Below are positions 1 to 8,562 of a stretch of DNA of 9,012 nt, in pieces (positions within the stretch are counted from its first letter, which is position 1; the number at the start of each line of letters is the position of its first letter). The stretch is from Octopus sinensis (taxonomy: Eukaryota), in NCBI RefSeq assembly GCF_006345805.1, contig NW_021828143.1, positions 1-9,012 of the forward strand, given 5' to 3'. The position numbers were made by a program, and so were the translations under genes. A model generated the notes under the pieces. The model worked only from the letters and a program-made list of their open reading frames with translations. It was not told the DNA's origin and searched no databases.

Positions 1-162
1 TACATTCCTCAGTAGAAAAAAATCCAGAATAACAAGTAACATAAGAACAACAATATTCTTATATATATTTCTCTCTCACTTCTAGATTTGAATCCTAACA
101 AATTGTTCCTATTTAAATATATAAAAGTTATCAACATATATTGAAGATGTTTATTATGCCTT

Positions 163-223
163 CATACACACACACACACACGTATGTATGTATGTATTAT
201 GTATGTATGTATATGATAATGTG

Positions 224-263
<40 letters not shown>

Positions 264-790
264 ATATATATATCTATGTATATATGTGTATATATATATG
301 TATGTATATATATATGTAAATGATAATAATATATGAATATAAATATATATATATGTAGGTATATATACATATGTATATATATATATGTATATGTATATAT
401 ATGCATATATGTATATATATATTTATATATACAAATATATATAAAACTATGTATATATACACATATATGTATGTATACACACACATACATATAAAATACG
501 TATACATATGTATGTGTATGTATATATGTATGTGTATCTATCTCTATGTAAATATATATATATGTATAATCTATATATGTGTCTGTGTATGTATGTATAT
601 ATTTATATTATACTTATATATAATAAATATATGTATACATATTTAACTAAATATATGATATATATATATATATATAATATATATATATAATATATATAGA
701 TATATAAAATATACACCACACAAATATAAATACATAAATGCACATACACACACACACATACACACAAATTTATAGATATGTATATCTTCC
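163..790. repeat. Compound microsatellite (AC)n/(ATGT)n/(AT)n
   Basis: Seen directly as near-continuous alternating purine-pyrimidine repeats. It generates the Y/I/M/V/C/H/T-rich pseudo-ORFs of the track. Confidence 0.95.
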
Positions 791-869
791 AAGTAAAAAA
801 GAAAAATACAATAAATTAAAGCAAAACAGTGAACAAAAACAGTGTTTCAATTTTTGCTTAAGTTTTCAC

Positions 870-907
870 TCAAAGCAAAGCAGCATTGAGATAACTAGAA
901 ATCAAAT
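870..907 (-). CDS. Very tentative terminal coding exon (xLISSYLNAALL*), unknown product
   Basis: Minus-strand acceptor ctttttcacatAG|AT at 908/907. It is phase-compatible with a phase-1 donor at 1285/1284 and the frame ends in TGA at 872-870. The segment is short enough to arise by chance. Confidence 0.15.
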
Positions 908-1073
908 CTATGTGAAAAAGCTAGAACTTTTGCAACAGGTTTCAAGGTTCAGACAGAAAACAAGCCTCATTGTCTCATTAATTAATTTCTGATATTTGCT
1001 GTTGTTGGTGTATTGTATGTTGTTTTTTTTTCACCATTTTTTTCCCAAATAACCACTAAACAAAAATACAAAG

Positions 1074-1220
1074 ACACCGCCACCGCCACCACTACCAACC
1101 ACCAACCACCAACCACCAGCCACCACCACCACCACCACCACCAAAACCACCACCACCACCGCCGCCACCACCATCACCACCACAACCACCACCAACACCA
1201 CCGCCACAACAACAACAAAA
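1074..1220. repeat. Imperfect (CCA)n/(CAA)n trinucleotide microsatellite
   Basis: Seen directly. It is stop-free in several frames (poly-His, poly-Pro, poly-Val/Gly), which explains ORFs 1013..1228 and 1031..1231. Confidence 0.9.
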
Positions 1221-1231
1221 ACATTTGACAT

Positions 1232-1357
1232 TTGAATTAAATTATCAGGAAGGAAATATTTTTTGTGCAGTTTATCATTTTCACTTATTCTTCGATGTTG
1301 ATTTCGAAATTCTTCTCGATCTTCTTTTATTGAATTATAAGTTGATTGTTCATAACC
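1232..1357 (-). CDS. Putative coding exon GYEQSTYNSIKEDREEFRNQHRRISENDKLHKKYFLPDNLIQ, unknown product
   Basis: A long T-rich tract (complement of 1375-1410) and ttgttAG|GGT at 1358/1357 precede a non-repetitive, charged, coding-like frame. The 3' boundary is uncertain: a possible donor A|GTGAAA lies at 1285/1284, or the frame runs on into the GTG repeat. No family recognised. Confidence 0.4.
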
Positions 1358-1530
1358 CTAACAACCAGGCTTCCAAAAAAAAAAGAAAAAAAAAAGAAAA
1401 AAGAAAGGAATGAAAAATACAAAAAAAAATACATAAGATACAAACACAAACGCAAAATACCATTAAAAAAAACCCCAAACAATCTCAGAATGGTTCTGAT
1501 TATATCACATTGCAACAAACAAGTCATCAC

Positions 1531-1739
1531 CTTGTCGAAGAGTTGATTAACAACACAAAACAAAACAGAAGAAGATGTATAATTGTTCTGACATATATGT
1601 TTGTTTCCGCACATATCTTTCACTGCATTCCCATGGAAGACACATTCCAAGAGGCCCTCACAAGCTAGATGCATCACTACCACAAACATCTTCAATTGTG
1701 GTACCATTTTATGGCAAGAAGTATGTTGTGTTATCTTTG
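1531..1739 (-). CDS. Putative 209-nt coding exon xKITQHTSCHKMVPQLKMF...VVNQLFDK, unknown product
   Basis: Polypyrimidine tract plus ccttttAG at 1741-1740, an open frame through unique sequence, and donor AAG|GTGATG at 1531/1530. It ends in phase 0, matching the phase-0 start of the 1357 exon across a 173-nt GT-AG intron. No homology recognised. Confidence 0.35.
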
Positions 1740-1809
1740 CTAAAAGGCAACAACTACAGCAACTCAAAAACAACAAAGAACAAAAAGAAAAATGAAAAGT
1801 AAAATGTAA

Positions 1810-2131
1810 TATATATGTGTGTGTGTGTGTGTGCATGCATATTATGTATGTGTACTCATACATATACATTTATGTATACATACACAGGTATACATATTAT
1901 ATATATATATGTACATATATATATATGTGTCTGTGTGTGTATATCTATATATATATATATATAACTATATATATACGCACACACTCGTACACATATATAT
2001 CACATATATATATATGTATGTTTGTGTGTATCTATATATACATACATACATTATATGCTGTACATATAATATGTATATAATACATATATCTATATATCAG
2101 TATATCTTTGTACACACACATATATATATAC

Positions 2132-2169
<38 letters not shown>

Positions 2170-2258
2170 ATGGATATATGTGTATATATATGTGTACATA
2201 TATGCATATATATATGTGTATATATGTATATCTAATATATATGTATGTATGTGTGTGC

Positions 2259-2302
<44 letters not shown>

Positions 2303-2312
2303 TATATATATA
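1810..2312. repeat. Compound (TG)n/(TA)n/(CA)n microsatellite
   Basis: Seen directly. Confidence 0.95.
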
Positions 2313-2781
2313 TCCATGCATTTTACAAACATATCAGTCCCTTCCTTTTACAAATAAAAAATATACATAAGATTGTGTTTATAATCTTCGATGGCCAATA
2401 TGGTTTCACAAGCATTCTTTTATGTTTTATTTCTATTTTGTTATGTATATATATGTATTTTTATTACATTTCTTAGCATCCCAAATTAATTCCAATGATA
2501 TGCATTTTTCTGAACAAAGTCTGATATCTGCTTTTATGGGTGGTCAAAGAACCTTCCAGAAATAAATAAATATGTAAAAAAAAAAAATGATTGTAATAAA
2601 TATATAAAAACAAATTTCCTTTGCACTTATATAATGTGAGGAATTTTTTGAAATCCACAAAACTTTATTTTGCTTCTAATTTTTTTGTAGCTTTTCTTAA
2701 CTTTAATCTAGGAAAATAGTTTATTTAAAGTTTATATAATTTTAAAATATTTAAATTATTTTACTTACTAAATTGTTATCA

Positions 2782-2809
2782 TTGTTGCTGTTGTTGTTGT
2801 TATTATCAA

Positions 2810-2861
<52 letters not shown>
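2782..2861. repeat. (GTT)n grading into (ATT)n trinucleotide microsatellite
   Basis: Seen directly. Confidence 0.95.
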
Positions 2862-2902
2862 TGTAATTTTTTTTATATGATTTATTTTGTAACATTTTTA
2901 AG

Positions 2903-2994
2903 GCCTGACTTGGGAATGACAAATCTGGTTAATGCAGAGTTTGTCTTAATTAATGACCCAAATTTTGATAAGACATATGTTGCCTATTCAACAT
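2903..2994 (+). CDS. Putative 92-nt internal exon (R)PDLGMTNLVNAEFVLINDPNFDKTYVAYST, unknown product
   Basis: T-rich acceptor ttttgtaacatttttaAG|G and donor CAT|GTATGA. Only one of the three frames is open (phase 2 in, phase 1 out), and the peptide is not low-complexity. No partner exon was established. Confidence 0.4.
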
Positions 2995-3324
2995 GTATGA
3001 ATGGCAAACTCTATGCATATTCATGCATGTGTGTAGTATATTCACATAGAGAGAACAAAGCCAAACACAGCAGACACACTTGTAAAGCTATTCTGTTGAA
3101 CAAATTTTAATTGATATGCAGATGTAAGTGAAAAGCAAGTTAAGAGATTAGTAAAATTCTTGCTATAAACATACATTCATATGCATTTTGCTGACATATA
3201 AACACAGATATTTGTTCATAGAGTGAATTGCTGTTGGTTATAGATTCAGAAAAAAAAAAAAGAAAAAAGTGGGGTTTTTTCTTCTTTTTCTTCTTTTAGC
3301 TAAACATAGATAAAAACGCTAACT

Positions 3325-3540
3325 ACACAAACACATGCATGCAAGTGTAGACATACATACATTCAGGCATTCATACAACTACACATGCATCCACATACAG
3401 ACACATGCAAATATATGCATACACACACACACACACACATATACAAATATTCCAACAAATTTCATGCATGTATACACTTAAACAAATATATCTATATAAT
3501 TCCTATTGTGTATGTATGTTGTGTGTGCTGCACCTGTATA

Positions 3541-3618
<78 letters not shown>

Positions 3619-3730
3619 TTATATATACATATATATATATACATATATATATATACATATATACATATATATTATACATATATATATATATATATAATAT
3701 ATATATATACACACACATATATATACATAC

Positions 3731-3777
<47 letters not shown>

Positions 3778-3780
3778 TAT

Positions 3781-3825
<45 letters not shown>
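3325..3825. repeat. (CA)n/(CATG)-rich tract followed by long (TA)n with CATA interruptions
   Basis: Seen directly. The near-pure (TA)n starts at about 3538. Confidence 0.95.
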
Positions 3826-4229
3826 AGTATACTCATATAAATATCTGAAGACCACTTGTACTCTTGGTGCTACTGATACAACCCAAATTTTAAAACATAC
3901 AATCATATATGATTAAATGAATATATAAAACATAGCAAGGGAGATTCACAATGCTGAAATATTCTGTAGTGTTGAGGTGGATGTAAGATATAATTACCAA
4001 GATAAGTCACTATCATAAAGGATTCGACTTCTTAGGTGTCTGAGTTTTTACATTATTATATTATATTATTATGTTAAAAATTTAAAGAAAATTAACAAAA
4101 AATTAAAATTAAGTTTATTAAAGCTAATATATAGAGTTGAATTATTTGTATAAGTATTTGGGAGGAGACACAACAATATTTGTTGTGGAACAAAAAAAAA
4201 AGCAATATTATATGCTTAGTGCTTTTGAT

Positions 4230-5998
4230 ATGATAATAGCATTCATATTTTCAATGACTGTTTGTTATAAACTTAAAACTTTGATTAAAAATTTGAAAAA
4301 TTTGAAAGCAGTAATTCATATGATTTAGAGAGGTAGAGAGAAAATCACCTGCCTGATTGGTTACATAGCTTCAAAAAATAATCGAGTTGTTTTTGAATGT
4401 TTATTTTAAACCCTTAATTTTACAACACTGGATATATCAGGTTAAACTTACATGAATATTTCTAAAATGATTGTGAAATACGTGTTTATGCTGAATGTAC
4501 ACTGTTTTAAAAGGCAGTTAATTTAATGTATGATATAGACACAGTATTCCTTTAGATGTGCATATCCATTTGATTCAGCATTCATTCATATGTGAACAAT
4601 TGCAAGATGGTGAATATTGCATAGAAAGGGAATCATATAGAATTATTTAGTTCATATTCACTCACCAAATATCCAAAATTGAGAGTGTGTAGATTAGGAT
4701 TTTTTATGTTTAATTTCATTAAAAATTCTGTTATACTTGTGGTAAAGGGGAAATGTTTCTTGGAGTTGTTTTAAAACATTTTATCTTCAAAGGTAGTGAC
4801 ACATTCTTGTTTTGAGGAGGATTTCATTTTTTATTTCTATAGGTTCGTGAATTGTCATCGAGTATCTATGTTGGTAAGTATGCAACATTGTAATATGACA
4901 TTTCAGTATTCAGAATCAGCAGGGATTGCTGCTCCATCAGAAAACAAACAAGAACCAGAAAATAAATATTTTAAACCAAATTGCTTAAAATATTGTTGGG
5001 TGATTGCAGAGTCTGTATTTAGTGTAGTGATTCATTAATCTTTCTGGGTTAGAAGAATTGTGAATTACCTATGTTGGAAGTTACTTCACAAGAAGTGGCT
5101 ATCTTACAAATAGATTTGATTGTAAATTTTGAGGTAAATTCTTCAAAAACATGATGGACTTTTTTACTAAATTTCTCAGATCATTGTTTATTGGTATTTT
5201 TTAGTGTCAGTAGGCTAGAGACTTTGAAAAGAAAACTGAGGATATATAGAAGTTTGGTATGTAAATGTTTTAGAATATATAATTTCATAATATTTCATAT
5301 TTTGGCCATCCTAATAATTTGATCATATAAAAATATTAGTGGGTAGTTTCTTTTATGCACATATACTGTTGCTGTGAATGAGTGATTCCTTACTTTCATA
5401 ATGATGATAATTTCATAAGTAATAAGAAGTTCTTTGCAAAATTACAAAATTTTGATGAACCAAAATATTATAAATGATATAATGATATAATAAGAGATTA
5501 TATAAAAATAGTAAGACAGACTCACAATGCTAATTTATATTAATGATACTTATGTCCACAACTGTGCCTTTGGATCACTTGTTAGATGTACTCCACAACA
5601 GTAAGTCACTTTCATTAAGTACTTAATGTCTTAGTTCTGTTTTAAATAAGAGTATTCTCCTTTGTCTGCCATTTTGTCTTGAGCTGACATCTCCAGATAA
5701 TGTAGTTCATTCCTCTTGTAATATTAGTTTGAGGATTTGGTAGTGAATGAAACAACTGTAATACCTGAATTTAAATTATTTCATAGAGGTAAATGTGATG
5801 CTATCTTGGCTTTTAAGGAAAATTTAAGGATGTATTTGCTCATTATATCTCTGTCAGTTTTAGTGGCATTAATGAGTCTAGTTACAGGGCTGTTAGCAGA
5901 TGTGGCTTTATGATTTTTAAATGTAACATATGGATTTGCACTCAATCTTCTAATTCTAAATGAGTTTTTACACTCATTGTTTCAGAATTGATATATTG
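4230..5998 (-). mobile_element. Decayed Penelope-like retroelement (RT plus C-terminal GIY-YIG endonuclease), many stops and frameshifts
   Basis: Manual minus-strand translation gives collinear motifs: INSETMSVKTHLELED/RIRRLSANPYVTFKNHKATSANSPVTRLINATKTDRDIMSKYIL (~5990-5825; PLE K.HK...P.RLIN.K motif); NFAKNF (5426-5443); IIMKVR (5388-5405); SLLTLKNTNKQ*SEKFSKKVHHVFEEFTSKFTIKSICKIATSCEVTSNIGNSQFF*PRKINESLH (~5216-5030); NTDS/NHP (~4997-5019); RNKK*NPPQNKNVS (4797-4838); KHFP/HKYNRIFN (4718-4758); CNCSHMNEC (4578-4604); YIKLT/FKTVYIQHKHVF/SLT*YIQCCKIKG (~4530-4410; GIY-YIG YIG module). Order and spacing match the PLE ORF layout as I recall it. The clade assignment is unverified. Confidence 0.85.
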
Positions 5999-6069
5999 TA
6001 TGTATGTATGTATGTATGTATGATGTATGTATGTATGTATGTATGTATGTATGTATGATGTATGCTAGG

Positions 6070-6102
<33 letters not shown>

Positions 6103-6125
6103 ATATATATATATGAATGTATGCA
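5997..6125. repeat. (ATGT)n/(TA)n microsatellite
   Basis: Seen directly. It abuts the 5'-most clearly recognisable part of the PLE. Confidence 0.95.
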
Positions 6126-6261
6126 TGCAAATATTTATATGAATATACAGATTCTAAATAACAAAACGTGCAAAATACGATTTCATTTATTTATGTGTTT
6201 GTATGTGCATGTTTGCACTCACAAACACACATACATAAACACTGGCATATATCTATCTATC

Positions 6262-6293
<32 letters not shown>

Positions 6294-6339
6294 CATACCT
6301 CTTGAAATCCACTCATACAACCAAAACCTATGAGGTTTT

Positions 6340-6520
6340 GTTTAATTTCAGTTGTACAAAGCCATTCTCTATTCTTCCCTGCTGTACTTATTACATTGAA
6401 ATAAATTTTGTATGCTTTCATTTATTTATTTTGCTATTTACTTATTTATATTGTTAATTTTCTTGTCGAAATTCTGTTTATATTGACTTTGTGTCACTTA
6501 GCAAGAATTTATTTCTGAGC
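6340..6520 (-). mobile_element. Possible further upstream fragment of the same PLE ORF
   Basis: The minus frame NLFQCNKYSREE*RMALYN (~6407-6350) loosely resembles the NLY.M..EEY.KLL.EN segment that I recall preceding the K.HK motif. Similarity is weak. Confidence 0.3.
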
Positions 6521-6689
6521 ACAGTAGCAAGTAAAAAGATATTAGCACACATTCCTAAATACAAACAAAGCTATCAAATCTGTGAAAAATCAGAAAATCA
6601 AGAGAAAATAAAATAAGGAAAATAGAACAATGCAACAGTATAACATGGCAAGGGAACAGAAGCAGGTATTTTCTGACTTTATATTTACA

Positions 6690-7052
6690 TGTATATATAG
6701 ATTACATACATATATACATACATACATACATACATACATACATACACATACATACATACAACATACATACATACATACATACACATACACACATCTGTAT
6801 ATATCTATATATATATATATATATATACGTATTATTTGTGTGTGTGTATACAATTCATGTACATGTATGTTCACAGTGTATGTATATATGTATGCATATA
6901 TATATATAGTTTGTATGTATGTATATATGTATATATATGTGTATAATATATTAATATATAATAATATATTATAATATATATATATATATATATATAATAT
7001 ATAATATATATATATATTCTATATTATATATTGTGTATATATGTATATTATA
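6690..7052. repeat. (ATAC)n/(TA)n/(TG)n compound microsatellite
   Basis: Seen directly. Confidence 0.95.
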
Positions 7053-7530
7053 TGTAACTTTGTATCTATTACTGTTTTACAGATGTATCCTTATCATTAC
7101 ATAGTTGTTTATAAAAGAAAAAATATATGACAATAAGTTAAAAAACAAAGGAGACTGAAATTGTAACAAATTTTAAAGGTTTTGTAGACACAACACAGCA
7201 GAATAGGACAGGATGAATTATAAACATCAGAGTAAGAAAAAAAAAACATACATCAAAATGTTTAAGATAGTTCTAAGAAAGCAGAAAGGGTTCTTACAGA
7301 TCATTATGTAATTCTTGTTTGATAAGACCAACTAGATAAAAAGCAGTTCTTTTGCCTTATCCAATCTGCTTTGTCTGCCATTTTGTCTTGAGCTGATATC
7401 TCCAGATAATGTAGTTCATTTCCTCTGGCTGATAAATGAACATGGACTGAAGAATATCGGTCTATACACATAAACGCATGCACAAACACACTCTGTGAAT
7501 ACGTACACATGTTAAATATGTGTTAAATAT

Positions 7531-7782
7531 GAGATCATTTTGAAATGTTGCTGGTTATATTCTAACATTCTACATTGCCCCAGTTCACCTATGGTATCTC
7601 TTGGTGGTAGGTACCAGATCATCTGAGGATGTTACCTGTGATAGACCAGCATTCTACATTGTCTCAACTCAACCTGTCTGTCAGTAATAGATATCTGATC
7701 ATCTGGAAATGTTGACTTTGACACACCAACATTCTACATTGTCTCAGTTCACCTTGCTACCAGCAGCAAGTATCAAATCATA
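7531..7782. repeat. Diverged tandem repeat, ~80-84 bp unit, ~3 copies
   Basis: CATTCTACATTG recurs at 7566, 7650 and 7730. (G/A)ATCAT recurs at 7533, 7617, 7697 and 7777. Spacings are 84, 80 and 80. Confidence 0.85.
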
Positions 7783-7805
7783 TGCGATTTTTATGTGTAT
7801 TATAC

Positions 7806-8157
7806 CTCTCTTTTACTCTTTTACTCTTTTGCTTGTTTCAGCCATTTGACTGTGGCCATACTGGAGCACCATCTTTAGTCAAGCAAACCCTAGGACTTAT
7901 TCTTTGTAAGCCTAGTACTTATTCTATCGGTTGTCAAACGATGTTGGGGGGACAAACACAGACACACAAGCATATACATATGCACATACATATACATATA
8001 TACGACGAGCTTCTTTCAGATTCCATCTACTAAATCCACTCACAAGGCTTTGGTCAGCCTGAGGCTATAGTAGAAGACACTTGCCCAAGGTGCTATGCAG
8101 TGGGACTGAACCTGGAACCATGTGGTTAGTAAGCAAGCTACTTACCACACAGCCACT
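7806..8157 (-). mobile_element. tRNA-derived CORE-type SINE (Octopus family), slightly 5'-truncated
   Basis: Minus-strand A-box TGGCTGTGTGG (8155-8145), B-box GGTTCAGTCC (8112-8103), CORE-like CCTTGGGCAAGTGTCTT (8090-8074), an internal CA/TA microsatellite (~7965-8002) and a (TAAAAGAG)n tail (~7830-7808). It matches an abundant Octopus repeat I recognise from memory. Confidence 0.85.
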
Positions 8158-8160
8158 ATG

Positions 8161-8337
8161 AAATTTTGGTTCAAAATTTTGGCTCAAGGCCAGCAATTCC
8201 AATGGCGGGTTAAGTCAATTACTTCAACCCCAGTACACAACTGGTACTTATTTTATTGTGTAATTTGAACTCAGAGAGTAAAGACAGAGTAAAGCATTTT
8301 GCCCGGTGTGCTAATGGTTCTTCCAACTTGCCACCTT
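8161..8337 (-). mobile_element. tRNA-derived SINE copy A (second family), internally deleted
   Basis: The reverse complement aligns to copy C (head ggtggcaagttggaagaaccattagcacaccggg; gagttcaaatt; aagtaccagtt..tactggggttg) but lacks the gactttgcctttcatccttt segment. Confidence 0.8.
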
Positions 8338-8355
8338 AATATCTTGTAAAAATAT

Positions 8356-8562
8356 CGGTTTCAAATTTTAGCACGAAGCAGCAAGTTTAAGTGAGGGGTT
8401 AAGTGAGGGATTACATTGACCCCCAGTGTTCAACTGGTACTTATTTTATTAATCCCTGAAAGAATGAAAACCAAAGTCATCTTGTATGGAATTTGAATTT
8501 AGAACATAATGCTGCTAAGCATTATGTCTTACAAGCTGACAGTTCTGTCAGCTCACAGCCTT
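8356..8562 (-). mobile_element. tRNA-derived SINE copy B (second family)
   Basis: The reverse complement aligns to copy C: aaggctgtgagctgacagaa...aattcaaattcc...gactttggttttcattctttcagggattaataaaataagtaccagttgaacactggggg. Confidence 0.8.

Noticed and set aside
141-790. Multiple 60-97 aa ORFs on both strands
   Set aside because: They are translations of dinucleotide and tetranucleotide repeats that lack stop codons. The same applies to the ORFs over 1817-2332, 3385-3906, 6004-6333 and 6590-6974.
1013-1413. Poly-His, poly-Pro or poly-Val/Gly reading frames
   Set aside because: The imperfect (CCA)n repeat is open in several frames and no plus-strand splice or start context is convincing.
1500-1545. 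Minus-frame LRQGDDLFVAM resembling the LINE RT motif GLRQGDPLS; also plus-frame IIFDGQYGF near 2360-2410
   Set aside because: These are isolated short matches on opposite strands, surrounded by stops, with no neighbouring RT motifs in order.
1600-1710. Minus frame with in-frame TGA (DVCGSDASSL*GPLGMCLPWECSE) as a possible selenoprotein
   Set aside because: The frame is closed by TAA on both sides, lacks compatible splice sites, and no SECIS was found.
2477-2565. Plus-strand acceptor followed by SQINSNDMHFSEQSLISAFMGGQRTFQK*
   Set aside because: No donor is phase-compatible with the 2903 exon, and minus-strand readings are equally plausible. The evidence is insufficient.
4169-4187. Perfect 8-bp hairpin CACAACAA-tat-TTGTTGTG downstream of the PLE ORF
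   Set aside because: It is short, AT-rich and compatible with chance. No hammerhead core (CTGATGA...GAAA) was seen nearby.
4340-4360. TGA at an expected Cys position in the PLE C-terminus (SGR*) as possible selenocysteine
   Set aside because: It is a single TGA in a copy full of stops. The Cys codons of the CNC-x5-C motif are ordinary TGC/TGT, no convincing SECIS is present, and reported Sec-encoding PLEs are N-terminal-EN Naiads.
6322-6340. Hairpin CAAAACCT-atg-AGGTTTTG as a Helitron 3' end
   Set aside because: No downstream CTRR terminus, and no matching 5' TC end was identified.
5997-6790. (ATGT)n and (ACAT)n arrays in inverted orientation forming a potential long hairpin
   Set aside because: Complementarity is a trivial result of low-complexity repeats that are abundant throughout the window.
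7304-7510. 68-aa minus ORF containing ELHYLEISAQDKMADK
   Set aside because: The second copy of the shared 58-mer (5660-5716) runs into a stop within about ten codons. No homology was recognised, and an alternative plus frame is equally open.
7531-7782. CRISPR-like or tandem hammerhead ribozyme interpretation of the 80-bp array
   Set aside because: The context is eukaryotic with no cas genes, and the linkers are homologous rather than unique spacers. The minus strand has CAGATGA rather than CTGATGA and lacks a GAAA core.
7782-8033. 83-aa plus ORF with a hydrophobic N-terminus resembling a signal peptide
   Set aside because: It lies antisense to the SINE tail and body, and the hydrophobic stretch comes from the (CTCTTTTA)n repeat.
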